Positions 17,499-26,675 of a stretch of DNA of 64,000 nucleotides are shown here, one piece after another. The stretch covers positions 1,083 to 65,082 of the forward strand of contig CALWBA010000107.1 in the NCBI GenBank assembly GCA_944375815.1, given 5' to 3'. Under the pieces are notes generated by a model. The model was not told where the DNA came from. It saw nothing but the letters and a program-made list of their open reading frames with translations, and searched no databases. This stretch comes from an uncultured Lachnospiraceae bacterium (lineage in GTDB: Bacteria > Bacillota > Clostridia > Lachnospirales > Lachnospiraceae). Numbering within the stretch: position 1 is the first letter of the stretch; each line of letters begins with the position of its first letter. The position numbers and the translations under genes were made by a program.

Positions 17499-17518
17499 GC
17501 AGAAAGGATGCAGATATC

Positions 17519-18499
17519 ATGATTACCGTAGAACACCTTACAAAAGAGTTTACATATTACAGGAAGGCGACCGGGCTTAGGGGCTCTCTGCACAATATTT
17601 TCCACCGGGAATCGCTGACCAAGGAGGCAGTCCGCGATATCTCCTTCTCAGTCGAAGAAGGGGAAATGATTGGTTTTCTGGGGCCGAACGGAGCCGGAAA
17701 GACGACAACTTTAAAAATGCTCTCCGGCATTTTATATCCGACTTCCGGAAGCGTATCGGTAAACGGATTTACTCCGTGGGATCGCTCTGCAGAATTTAAG
17801 CGCCAGATTTCCATTGTCATGGGACAGAAAAATCAGCTCTGGTGGGATCTCCCCGCCAGCGACAGTTTTTACCTGAATAAGTGTATCTTCGGAATCAGCG
17901 ACAGCGATTACCGGGATATCGTAACGGAACTTGCAGAATTACTCGACGTGAAGGAGCTGATGAATGTTCAGGTGCGCAGGCTTTCTCTGGGTGAGCGAAT
18001 GAAGATGGAAATTCTGGCAGCGCTGATCCACAGGCCGAAAATTCTGTTTCTGGATGAGCCCACAATCGGACTTGACCTTCTCTCGCAGCAAAAGATCCGT
18101 GAATTTCTGAAAATATATAATGAGCAGCAAAAGACCACGGTTATTATCACAAGTCACTATATGGCTGATATAGAGGCGCTGTGCAGCCGTACTGTAATCA
18201 TTAATCAGGGCTGCCTCGTATATGACGGACCGTTAAAGGAAATCAACCAGCTTCTCGGCAGGAGAAAGCTGCTGTCCGTAAAGACTGCTGCCCCGCTAAA
18301 CGCCAAAGTCTGGGAAACCTTCGGCACTGTCAGGGAAATCAACGCGGCTGAAGTAATTCTCGAGGTGGCACAGGAAAATGTGAAAGATGCAGTCTCCGCT
18401 ATTTTATCGAATCTTGAGATAGAGGATTTTACCGTGACGGAGATTCCCATTGAGGAGAGTATCTCCCGATTTTATCAGAAGGAGGTCCTCGTGCCATGA
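17519..18499 (+). CDS. ABC transporter ATP-binding protein (ABC-2 type system)
   Basis: Walker A GPNGAGKTT, signature LSLGERMK, Walker B ILFLDEP. Confidence 0.9.
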   Translation: MITVEHLTKEFTYYRKATGLRGSLHNIFHRESLTKEAVRDISFSVEEGEMIGFLGPNGAGKTTTLKMLSGILYPTSGSVSVNGFTPWDRSAEFKRQISIVMGQKNQLWWDLPASDSFYLNKCIFGISDSDYRDIVTELAELLDVKELMNVQVRRLSLGERMKMEILAALIHRPKILFLDEPTIGLDLLSQQKIREFLKIYNEQQKTTVIITSHYMADIEALCSRTVIINQGCLVYDGPLKEINQLLGRRKLLSVKTAAPLNAKVWETFGTVREINAAEVILEVAQENVKDAVSAILSNLEIEDFTVTEIPIEESISRFYQKEVLVP

Positions 18500-19293
18500 A
18501 CGCCTATCGCTGTGTGTTTCTTATGGGCATTGAACAGGCTCTGGAATACCGGGTCAGCTTTCTTCTCAGTATGCTCAGCGCACTGTTTCCCATCATCATT
18601 CAGACAACCATGTGGAATTATCTGTACGGCCATTCAGACGCATCGGCAGTCTTTGGATATGAGCACGGAGAGATTCTGATGTACTCTTTGCTGGCTGTCA
18701 TCGTATCCCAGCTTGTAAGCACAGGCTTTGAGTGGGAAATAAATTCGGATATTAAACTGGGCGGCCTGAATAAATATCTCGTCCGCCCCGTGGGATACAA
18801 CCGGTATCGGTTCTTTTGGTTTCTTGGACAGAAGGTTCCCAGAATTATGATCATTCTGCCTGCCATCGTAATCATTACCACGGCAGCCTTCCTACAGGGA
18901 ATGCCGATTACCGTCGGAAGGGCGGCCGCATTTTTCTTAAGCCTCGTACTGGCTATTATTCTGAACTTTACCATTTTCTTCTGTATCGGACTTCTTGCCT
19001 TCTGGCTTACGGATGTGGAAAAACTGTTCGGAACAATCAGCATTGTACTGACTGTCATAAGCGGCGGCGTATTTCCTCTGGATATTTTCGGCAAAACCGC
19101 AGAGATACTGACCACTCTGCTGCCGTTTGGATACACTGCGCAGTTCCCGGTAAATATTATTAACGGACGTTTTGGATGGGAACGTATCGGTATGGGATTT
19201 GCCTTTCAGATTGGATGGATTCTGTTCTTCTTATGTCTTGGAAATCATCTCTGGAAGAGCGGAATACGCCATTATTCGGCAGTCAGCGGATGA
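18496..19293 (+). CDS. ABC-2 family permease
   Basis: 265 aa, polytopic. ATGA overlap with the ATPase gene. Confidence 0.8.
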   Translation: MNAYRCVFLMGIEQALEYRVSFLLSMLSALFPIIIQTTMWNYLYGHSDASAVFGYEHGEILMYSLLAVIVSQLVSTGFEWEINSDIKLGGLNKYLVRPVGYNRYRFFWFLGQKVPRIMIILPAIVIITTAAFLQGMPITVGRAAAFFLSLVLAIILNFTIFFCIGLLAFWLTDVEKLFGTISIVLTVISGGVFPLDIFGKTAEILTTLLPFGYTAQFPVNIINGRFGWERIGMGFAFQIGWILFFLCLGNHLWKSGIRHYSAVSG

Positions 19294-19307
19294 AATTATG
19301 GAGGAAT

Positions 19308-20108
19308 ATGATGAAAAAGATAGTATACTATTTAAAAATTATGGGTGTCTTCGCAAAGTATTCTCTGATGTCCGCGCTGGAATACCGCATAAATTTTATC
19401 ACAGGTATTACGGTAGAAATGGGATGGATGCTGATCAAGCTGCTGTATGTAGCTATCATTTATAAGGCGGGAACGAATATCGGTATACTGACTCCGGATC
19501 ATATTTTGCTGTTCGTAGGAATATATCTGGTGCTGACGGGCGTTTATATGCTGTATTCCGGCAATTTTTCAGCCCTTCCGGGAATGGTGCAGCATGGGGA
19601 GCTAGACCTCTATATCGTAAAACCGCTGTCTCTGCAGTTTCTCATAACGATGCGGCGGCTCGATTTTGCCTATCTTCTGCCGGATCTTGCCGCTGGCATC
19701 ATTATGATTGTAACCGGATGGCGCCTCGCCGAACTTCCTGTGGGATTTCTTCCCATCGCGGGATTTTTATTCTATCTGCTCTGCGGGGCCCTGCTGACCT
19801 ACAGTCTGTTCCTGCTGCCATATCTTCTCAGCTTCTGGACTGTATCGGTGGGAGGCATTGCGGATATCAGCAATGCGCTTTGGGATTTTAACAATATGCC
19901 CTCTCTGATCTATGGAAAATGGTTCCGAAGGATCGGCACCTACATTCTGCCCATTTTCGTGATAACAAACTTCCCGGGACTGTTTCTCATGGGAGAACTC
20001 TCCCCTTTCGCCTGCTTTTGGGGAGCTGCGGCTCCGCTCCTGTTCTTCGCACTGAGCCGGGCGCTTTGGAAGTTTGCATTAAAGCGGTACAGCAGCGCGA
20101 GCTCCTGA
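19308..20108 (+). CDS. ABC-2 family permease (second membrane subunit)
   Basis: Polytopic. Start moved to MMKKIVYYLK after GGAGGA. The track's 5' extension overlaps the previous gene. Confidence 0.8.
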   Translation: MMKKIVYYLKIMGVFAKYSLMSALEYRINFITGITVEMGWMLIKLLYVAIIYKAGTNIGILTPDHILLFVGIYLVLTGVYMLYSGNFSALPGMVQHGELDLYIVKPLSLQFLITMRRLDFAYLLPDLAAGIIMIVTGWRLAELPVGFLPIAGFLFYLLCGALLTYSLFLLPYLLSFWTVSVGGIADISNALWDFNNMPSLIYGKWFRRIGTYILPIFVITNFPGLFLMGELSPFACFWGAAAPLLFFALSRALWKFALKRYSSASS

Positions 20109-20216
20109 CACGTGGAAAATTACTTATCAAACGTTAGTGCCACATATAATTTGGAATTTTTAATTGCTTTTTTTGCGGTGATTATATATAATATATATGA
20201 TCAATGTAATCTGATC

Positions 20217-20324
20217 AAATTAAGTGCTTTGCTGCTTGGAGGGCAAACTTTTAATTTAAGTGCTTCACTACTTTGAATGTGAACCTTTAATTTGAGTGCT
20301 TCGCAGCTTAAAATGCGAATCGTT
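20217..20324 (+). repeat. Three contiguous 36-nt tandem repeats, each with a conserved AATTTRAGTGCTT head and a 5-bp hairpin with covarying stem
   Basis: U1 AAATTAAGTGCTTTGCTGCTTGGAGGGCAAACTTTT. U2 AATTTAAGTGCTTCACTACTTTGAATGTGAACCTTT. U3 AATTTGAGTGCTTCGCAGCTTAAAATGCGAATCGTT. The stems are TTTGC/GCAAA, TTCAC/GTGAA and TTCGC/GCGAA. Confidence 0.8.
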
Positions 20325-20330
20325 AATTGT

Positions 20331-20364
20331 CAGGGAGGTAAGTTTCTTATCTCCCTGTTTTCCT
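20331..20364 (+). terminator. Intrinsic terminator immediately after the tandem repeats
   Basis: CAGGGAGGTAAG-ttt-CTTATCTCCCTG (12 bp, one G-U) followed by TTTTCC. Confidence 0.65.
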
Positions 20365-20466
20365 ATACTGCGGAAGACAAATATGGATTTTTATCGCATA
20401 ACTGAATAGTATATTATTTTATCCAAAAATGGTGAAAAGAAAACTGAAACAAAAAGGGAGCCAATT

Positions 20467-21078
20467 ATGAGAACACTATTTTTAACGTCCGGCGGATTAA
20501 ACGAAAAGACTGCTGAATTATTTTGGAAATGTATTGGAAAAGGCCCCATTAACACAAAAGCAATTTTAGTTCCATCCGCAGCAGCAGGAAATGATGGTGC
20601 AAGGGAAGGATTTATTATGTGCATAGAGCGCCTTATGCATATGGGCATCCCCTTAAATAATATCCTTGTATATAATCTGGAATTTTTATTTTCCGACGGA
20701 TATCAAAGAACATTCTCAAGTTATATCAACGATATACCTGTACAGTTTCGCCTGATGACTGCAGAAGAGCTCAACCAGTATGATATGATTGTTTTTTGCG
20801 GCGGTAATGCCTATACACTTCTGAGCGAAGTAAACCGAACCGGCTTTTCAAAACCATTAAAACAGGCAATCGAGAACGGATTGGTATATTTAGGAATCAG
20901 TGCAGGCAGTATGATCGCTGCTGGAAACTATGCTGATGGATTAGGATATTTAGCGAATCCATTGATACCACATGCGAAAAACGAATGTCCATATGGGGAA
21001 ATACAAGGAAATACGTTAATTGAACTGGCTGACGGACAAACCATATTGATAAACGGAGATGAGCAGAAAATCATTTGA
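20467..21078 (+). CDS. Peptidase S51 (dipeptidase E-like) family protein
   Basis: FCGGNAYTLL and LGISAGSMIA motifs, typical of the S51 nucleophile elbow. GGGAG SD. Confidence 0.7.
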   Translation: MRTLFLTSGGLNEKTAELFWKCIGKGPINTKAILVPSAAAGNDGAREGFIMCIERLMHMGIPLNNILVYNLEFLFSDGYQRTFSSYINDIPVQFRLMTAEELNQYDMIVFCGGNAYTLLSEVNRTGFSKPLKQAIENGLVYLGISAGSMIAAGNYADGLGYLANPLIPHAKNECPYGEIQGNTLIELADGQTILINGDEQKII

Positions 21079-21179
21079 AAGGCGATCTGGCTTATAAAGA
21101 AAACTGAGTGCCAAATCTGGATTTGACAATTAGACTGCAACAATTTCCACTTACCGGGCAAATAAAAGGAGGTGCTCAA

Positions 21180-21614
21180 ATGCACAGAATATTCGGAATA
21201 AAAGAAAATGGTGAGTATATCGACCGAGAAGGTGCATATTTGATTCCGGTTAAAAATAATCAGATCGGTATAGCCAAAACTCCAAAAGGGTATTTCTTTT
21301 TAGGCGGTGGTATGGAAAATGGAGAAAGTCATATTGATTGTATTAAGAGAGAATGTATCGAAGAGGTAGGATATACAGTCTTGGTGAAAGATAAAATATG
21401 TTCTGCAGAAACATATTGTATACATCCTGCAATAGGATATTTTCATCCAATCCAAACCTATTATGCGGGAGAGTTGCTTTTAAAGGTATCGGTTCCCATA
21501 GAAAAAGACCACGACTTCTTATGGATTGAATTCAACGAAATAAAAGGGAAAATGTTTATGGATATGCAAAATTGGGCACTGGAACAATTATTGGGATATA
21601 TATCCAATAAATAG
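21180..21614 (+). CDS. NUDIX hydrolase
   Basis: Nudix box GGGMENGESHIDCIKRECIEEVGY. Start at MHRIFG after AAAGGAGG. Confidence 0.8.
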   Translation: MHRIFGIKENGEYIDREGAYLIPVKNNQIGIAKTPKGYFFLGGGMENGESHIDCIKRECIEEVGYTVLVKDKICSAETYCIHPAIGYFHPIQTYYAGELLLKVSVPIEKDHDFLWIEFNEIKGKMFMDMQNWALEQLLGYISNK

Positions 21615-21762
21615 GCAACTTCCCACTTATCGAACTATGCACTTTCGGACCACCCTGATCCGAACCTTTACAACCAAATAGCAGCCGCCTACCAAAAGAA
21701 AAACCAGCATGAATCCCGTAAAATCAAGGAAAATCAGGGATTCACACTTTTTTCTCATAAAA

Positions 21763-21805
21763 TTAGCACTCTCCTATTGACGTGGCTAACAATTAGTGTT
21801 ATAGT
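21763..21805 (+). promoter_or_regulatory. hsp20-2 promoter with an upstream CIRCE-like half site
   Basis: TTAGCACTC (21763-21771), TTGACG (21777-21782), 17-nt spacer, TATAGT (21800-21805). Confidence 0.6.
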
Positions 21806-21932
21806 ACAACTAGAACAAAGGAAGGGGAACAAAAAAGAACCCGACCGGATCGTTCTGGCAACAACACCTCGGAATTCTCCGACAGTGCTAACTATATATT
21901 CTTTATTTGTCATTTGAAAGGAGACATGACTT

Positions 21933-22385
21933 ATGATGATGCCTAGTATTTTGGGAGAAAACTTATTTGATGATTTTATGAATTTCCCTTTTGAGAGAGA
22001 CTTTTGGGGAAGAAGAAATCCTCTGTACGGAAAGAATGAGAAGAACCTTATGAAGACTGATGTGCGCGAGACAGATTCTTCCTATGAACTGGATATTGAC
22101 CTTCCGGGCTTTAAGAAAGATGAAGTTACCGCTAAGCTGGAGAACGGCTATCTGACCATCAGCGCTTCGAAGGGACTTAACAAAGATGAGAAAGACAAAG
22201 AGAACGGCAAATATATCCGCCGCGAGCGTTACGCCGGCGCTGTAAGCAGAAGCTTCTATGTAGGCGAACACATTCAGCAGGAAGACATTCATGCGAAATT
22301 TGAGGACGGCATCCTGAGACTGACCGTTCCGAAAAAGGACGCAAAACAGGTGGATGAAAAGAAATATATCTCTATTGAAGGATAA
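21933..22385 (+). CDS. Small heat-shock protein, Hsp20/alpha-crystallin family (copy 2)
   Basis: 150 aa and a close paralog of 12112-12564. Differences cluster at residues 7-12. Confidence 0.9.
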   Translation: MMMPSILGENLFDDFMNFPFERDFWGRRNPLYGKNEKNLMKTDVRETDSSYELDIDLPGFKKDEVTAKLENGYLTISASKGLNKDEKDKENGKYIRRERYAGAVSRSFYVGEHIQQEDIHAKFEDGILRLTVPKKDAKQVDEKKYISIEG

Positions 22386-22395
22386 TCTCACACCA

Positions 22396-22427
22396 GAGGG
22401 GCTGCCTTGCGGCAGCCTCTTTTTTTA
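22396..22427. terminator. Terminator after hsp20-2, also facing the convergent membrane-protein gene
   Basis: GGGGCTGCC-ttgc-GGCAGCCTC followed by TTTTTTT. Confidence 0.7.
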
Positions 22428-24395
22428 GACTATATAGACCAGCATCGCAGAAAACGCGCACGCATTTGCTGCCGCCATGGCAAGGCAGCCGTTTTTTATG
22501 CTCATGCGTCTCCTTAATCTGCCGGCCCCGAGGATGAGCAGCAGCATTGCGGGAAGAAAATATCTGCCCTGGACGCCGCGCACTGTACTGCTCTGATATG
22601 GCGTCCACTGAATATACAGGCTGGTAAACGTGAGCAGGACAACGATCCCAAAGACGGCAAGCATCAGGCAGCGCGCCCGGCCCTCAAGCACTTCTTTTTC
22701 GCTCTCATATCCGCATGCCATCAGAAGAACCGTCAGGCAGAACAGCGGCAGAAGTTCACCGAGCGGGATATCGAGCGCTCCCAGATTCTGCCCCGCCGCT
22801 CCCATCAGATAGACGCTAAAGTTGTTGTTGAAGGTACAGAAGAGCGTTTCGAGATACTGCAGCGGATGGCTTAAGACATGCAGGATCTGCTCCCCGGATT
22901 TTACGCCCGGCTGAAATTCAATGAGATAGGATGAGGCGATCAGAAACCATCCCAGCGACGAAATTATACTGGCAGCTCCAAGTCCTACAGCGTGAACCGC
23001 ATATCGCTTCCTGCTTCCGAAGCTTTCCCATGGAAGCAGAAAGAGAAGGAGACAGATCGGCGCGTATACGATCTTGCACAGGCACAGCAGCACGGTCACC
23101 ACATACAGGAGCGCCGCCTGGCGTCTGCTGATCCTTCTCTGCCAGTGCGTCCGAAGCGACAGCACAAAGCTTATAAACACAGCGGTCATCGCAAACGCAA
23201 AACCGTCCGCGGAAAGAGAATTGTACTGCTGAATATTCATTGGCAGAAGCGCCAGAAATGCAAGCGCTGTCTTCCCCACCGGGATACGCCGGATACTCCA
23301 AAAAAGCAGAACTCCTATCGCAGCCCAGTTGGCAATCCTTCCCGCATAGAGGATTGCGATCACCCGATCCGTAAAGCAGCAGGCTGCCCTGATCCCAATC
23401 GCCTGAAAGAGATACGATGTGGGCGCGTAAAGCGCAGTATTGGCATATCCGTAAAATTCAGGGTTTTCGTAATCCAGCCTCTCCTCGCGGCTGTCCAGGA
23501 TATCATACAGTGTGGTGTGACCGGAAAACAGCGCGTCCCGGGCCTCCAGATTTCCCGGAAGCGTTCCTCCGGCCTGCATAATTCCAAATCCTCCGTCCAC
23601 GTTCTTCTCCGATATCAGGTTCCCCTGTGAAATTTCATAACTTCTGCCAAAGTGTGAAAACTCATCCGGGGTTCTTGATTCCGGAAGCGCCGCAAGACAG
23701 TATACGCCTAATACGGCATAGATAAACAAAAACATCCACTCCTGGCCCACGCCCCGCCTCGCGAGCAAAAGCACTCCGGCAAACAGAACGAGCAGCACCG
23801 CTGTCCCCACGATCATCACAGCCGATTTGGATAAATCCCTCTCAATCCCTCGCCAGCAGAGATACTGTCCCTCATTTTCCGCTCCATTGATCATCCATCC
23901 TGAGACTGCGCCCGCATCTTCCGAGGTAAGTCCGAGCGCAAGTTCCATCTGCTTATCCGCGGTGACAGTGATCGTATAAGTTCCCTGCGCATTTCTCTGC
24001 GGTTTATCGAGCAGAAATTTGGTCCATGTATTTCCTGCCCCGTACTTATTCACCCGCCACGTTTTCAGAAGCCTGTCACCCCGAAAGAGCGAAACAGAAA
24101 CCGGATCTTCGATTCCTCCTTCCTCGGGAGCAAGCATCAGGCTGATGCCCGCAAGCGTATCCTTTGTCCACGCAAAGCTCTGCGAGATGACCTCCCCCGG
24201 AGCAATCTCATGCATTCCAATGTCCGGCTCTTCCGTTCCGCTCATCTTTCCGGTCGGCGGCGCTTCGTCTATCTTGCAGAAGATATAAAATACGGCGCAC
24301 AGGAAAAGAAGGATTATAAATTTCCAACTCTTGATTTTTCTAAATATAATATCCTTATTCACGATAATTCTCCTTTTCGATATTGTATCAATCAC
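22425..24395 (-). CDS. Large polytopic membrane protein (656 aa), possibly a DUF2142/GT-C-like glycosyltransferase fold
   Basis: N-terminal TM helix, a ~170-aa extracytoplasmic domain, then >10 TM helices. A loop reads RTPDEFSHFGRSYE (Asp/Glu-His loop, reminiscent of GT-C enzymes). ATGA overlap with the upstream ATPase gene. Confidence 0.45.
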   Translation of the reverse strand: MIDTISKRRIIVNKDIIFRKIKSWKFIILLFLCAVFYIFCKIDEAPPTGKMSGTEEPDIGMHEIAPGEVISQSFAWTKDTLAGISLMLAPEEGGIEDPVSVSLFRGDRLLKTWRVNKYGAGNTWTKFLLDKPQRNAQGTYTITVTADKQMELALGLTSEDAGAVSGWMINGAENEGQYLCWRGIERDLSKSAVMIVGTAVLLVLFAGVLLLARRGVGQEWMFLFIYAVLGVYCLAALPESRTPDEFSHFGRSYEISQGNLISEKNVDGGFGIMQAGGTLPGNLEARDALFSGHTTLYDILDSREERLDYENPEFYGYANTALYAPTSYLFQAIGIRAACCFTDRVIAILYAGRIANWAAIGVLLFWSIRRIPVGKTALAFLALLPMNIQQYNSLSADGFAFAMTAVFISFVLSLRTHWQRRISRRQAALLYVVTVLLCLCKIVYAPICLLLFLLPWESFGSRKRYAVHAVGLGAASIISSLGWFLIASSYLIEFQPGVKSGEQILHVLSHPLQYLETLFCTFNNNFSVYLMGAAGQNLGALDIPLGELLPLFCLTVLLMACGYESEKEVLEGRARCLMLAVFGIVVLLTFTSLYIQWTPYQSSTVRGVQGRYFLPAMLLLILGAGRLRRRMSIKNGCLAMAAANACAFSAMLVYIV

Positions 24396-25033
24396 CTGAT
24401 TTTTGTCAAGATTCCATCCTCCATCTCAAAAACTTCATCGCACAGAATGTCAATATCATCTCTGTTATGACTTGCGAGCAAAATCAACTTGCCTTCTTCT
24501 TTCATACGCAGGAAAAGCTCTCTCATCTCCTCCACGCCTTTTTTATCCAGCCCGTTCATCGGCTCGTCCAAAATCAATATGTCCGGATCTTCCATGATGG
24601 CCTGGGCGATCGCAAGCCTCTGGCGCATCCCGAGAGAATATTTCTCTACCGGACGGCGAATCTTTGGATCTAAACCGACTTTTTCCATTACTGTATACAG
24701 ATATTTTTTATCACTCTTGTTTCGTATGGTGTATAAGAATTCCAGATTATGATAGCCGCTCCATTTTCTCAGAAAGCCCGGTTCCTCGATGATCACTCCT
24801 GCATTTGTAAGCATATCAGTGCCTTTTCCCATCACTTTCCCGTTTACCAGTATTTCTCCCTTATCACATCTTAAGAATCCGCAGATACACTTAAATAATA
24901 CGGTCTTTCCGGAGCCGTTATGACCTACAATGCCATAGATATGACCGCTTTTGCAGGTAATGGATACTGATTTCAGAACATCTGTATTCTCAAACGTCTT
25001 TGTTGCCTGATTGACTTCTATGATATATTCCAT
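24392..25033 (-). CDS. ABC transporter ATP-binding protein (213 aa)
   Basis: Walker A GHNGSGKT, signature YSLGMRQR, Walker B ILILDEP. Confidence 0.9.
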   Translation of the reverse strand: MEYIIEVNQATKTFENTDVLKSVSITCKSGHIYGIVGHNGSGKTVLFKCICGFLRCDKGEILVNGKVMGKGTDMLTNAGVIIEEPGFLRKWSGYHNLEFLYTIRNKSDKKYLYTVMEKVGLDPKIRRPVEKYSLGMRQRLAIAQAIMEDPDILILDEPMNGLDKKGVEEMRELFLRMKEEGKLILLASHNRDDIDILCDEVFEMEDGILTKIR

Positions 25034-25047
25034 TCTTCTACCCCTTC

Positions 25048-25908
25048 TTATATATCCTCATTTTCCCAGTGGAATTCCATATGCCGAACCTTCCATAAAA
25101 TCAGCAGGGATAATACGGTCCCTGAAAGAATCAGAGCGAATAGCACATATTCTATGGATGGATACCAAAAATATCCCAGATTTGGTGTCTTTGCCCTTGC
25201 CACTTCCAGACAGACGCTTGGAGCCAATCTTGCTGCAAGATAGCGAAACTGTGGAAAGCTATTCTCTACAAAAAATATTAAAACTGCTATTCCCACAGAC
25301 AAAGCTACTGCTAAAATACGATTGCTGTACAGGCACCAGAAAAACATCCATAATCCAAAAAAAGTGCATACCAGAACTGTAATAAGAATACTGATTCCCA
25401 GCAATTCCAGCGGTGTGTATGCACTGAAAATTTCATAATAAAAGCTGTACTGAAACCCATATATACTCTCCGCATCTGTCATAGCCGCTGTACGCAGCAA
25501 TTTTCCCCATTCGTTCGTCCATTCAATATCCGTTACAAGCGGCAGCAGGGAAGCAAACACTGTGATAAGCGCAGCACATACTGATCGTAAAAAAATCCCT
25601 CCTATCTGTCCGATCGCCCATCTGGTTTTTCCTGTCCGCATCATCTGATAAAGATTCATATGCTGCAGAAAAGGCACATCCGAATGAATATAAATAATTC
25701 CGAACAAAAATAAAATGGCAAAAATCATATTACTTATGAGAAAAGGAAATACGCACCAATTCACAGGATAATCTACTGCGTCCATAAAGCGCCTTAATGG
25801 CTGTTGATAAGACCAGCAGGTAACTAATATCAGCACTGTAAAAATTCCCATTTTACTGTTACAGATTTTCAAATACGAATTCTTCCAGATATATTGCAGT
25901 AATTTCAT
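25048..25908 (-). CDS. ABC-2-like integral membrane protein
   Basis: Polytopic. Start moved to MKLLQYIW after GAGGTGG, which removes the 94-nt overlap with the upstream ORF. Confidence 0.7.
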   Translation of the reverse strand: MKLLQYIWKNSYLKICNSKMGIFTVLILVTCWSYQQPLRRFMDAVDYPVNWCVFPFLISNMIFAILFLFGIIYIHSDVPFLQHMNLYQMMRTGKTRWAIGQIGGIFLRSVCAALITVFASLLPLVTDIEWTNEWGKLLRTAAMTDAESIYGFQYSFYYEIFSAYTPLELLGISILITVLVCTFFGLWMFFWCLYSNRILAVALSVGIAVLIFFVENSFPQFRYLAARLAPSVCLEVARAKTPNLGYFWYPSIEYVLFALILSGTVLSLLILWKVRHMEFHWENEDI

Positions 25909-25919
25909 ATATCGCCACC

Positions 25920-26675
25920 TCACATTTTTCTCCTGAGTTTTCGGTAAATTCCAACTGCACAAATACACGTCAGCATCAAACTGATTCCCACAAGATACAA
26001 CGTATTCTTCCACTCTTCTCCAAATAGATTATTAATGATCCTAAAAGCAAAAACACCATATCTCGTGCCTGTATCAAACTCCATCAAAATCTGATACAAA
26101 AGAATCGGAAGGATAAACACCATTACCTTATTTTGAATATAAAGAGAAATGAGGGAAGCAAATACAGAAAATACACCCGCCAGCATACCAAGCTGGACAG
26201 ACGATACCATGCAGAAGCTCAGATATTTCTCCTCTTCAATCAAAAAGCCATAGCTTCCCGCCTCAAAGGCTTTCAGGTTCGGTCCCATATCCGTCCACGG
26301 ACCTTTCATTCTCAAAAGCATCAGGAAAAGAAAGGTTCCCAGAATCATTGCCAGAGCTGCTGTTATGTAAATAACAATCGTCTTTTCCAATACATATTTT
26401 CTAAAACTTCCCCGTATCAGTGCGAGGCGTATATATTTATGCTCCAGTTCTTCGCAAAATACTGCCGCAAATGGGAAAGCGCAAAATGCATATGCCACCA
26501 TAATTCCCGATGCACTTATCGCTTTCATGTAAGTGTCCAGTACATTTTGGTTTATAAGTTCCCAACCTTCCATAGAAAAAAACAGAGAGGCCGTAACGCC
26601 CAGAATTGCCAGGTACAACTCATAGCCCTTTATAATTCTCAACAGATCTGGCTTAAAATAATTTACCGTATTCAT
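25920..26675 (-). CDS. ABC-2-like integral membrane protein
   Basis: Polytopic, ~251 aa. Start probably MNTVNYF (an alternative ATG lies at 26690). Overlaps the agrB 3' end. Confidence 0.7.
   Translation of the reverse strand: MNTVNYFKPDLLRIIKGYELYLAILGVTASLFFSMEGWELINQNVLDTYMKAISASGIMVAYAFCAFPFAAVFCEELEHKYIRLALIRGSFRKYVLEKTIVIYITAALAMILGTFLFLMLLRMKGPWTDMGPNLKAFEAGSYGFLIEEEKYLSFCMVSSVQLGMLAGVFSVFASLISLYIQNKVMVFILPILLYQILMEFDTGTRYGVFAFRIINNLFGEEWKNTLYLVGISLMLTCICAVGIYRKLRRKM

Larger units (their letters stand above)
21746..22427 (+). repeat. hsp20 duplication unit, copy 2
   Basis: Same architecture and near-identical sequence as 11925-12606, at +9,821 bp. Confidence 0.9.

Noticed and set aside
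19176-19307. The 5' extension of the second ABC-2 permease ORF as listed in the track (start at 19176).
   Set aside because: The extension overlaps the preceding permease by >100 nt and has no SD. A GGAGGA SD precedes the ATG at 19308, and the hydrophobic protein begins there.
20217-20324. The 36-nt tandem repeats as a small CRISPR array.
   Set aside because: The units are contiguous with no unique spacers, there are only three copies, the repeats differ in the stem region, and no cas genes are present in the window.
11925-22427. The two hsp20 direct repeats as ends of a composite transposon or mobile island.
   Set aside because: No transposase, integrase or recombinase gene lies between or beside them, and no terminal inverted repeats are present. 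The interior carries housekeeping folate biosynthesis genes.
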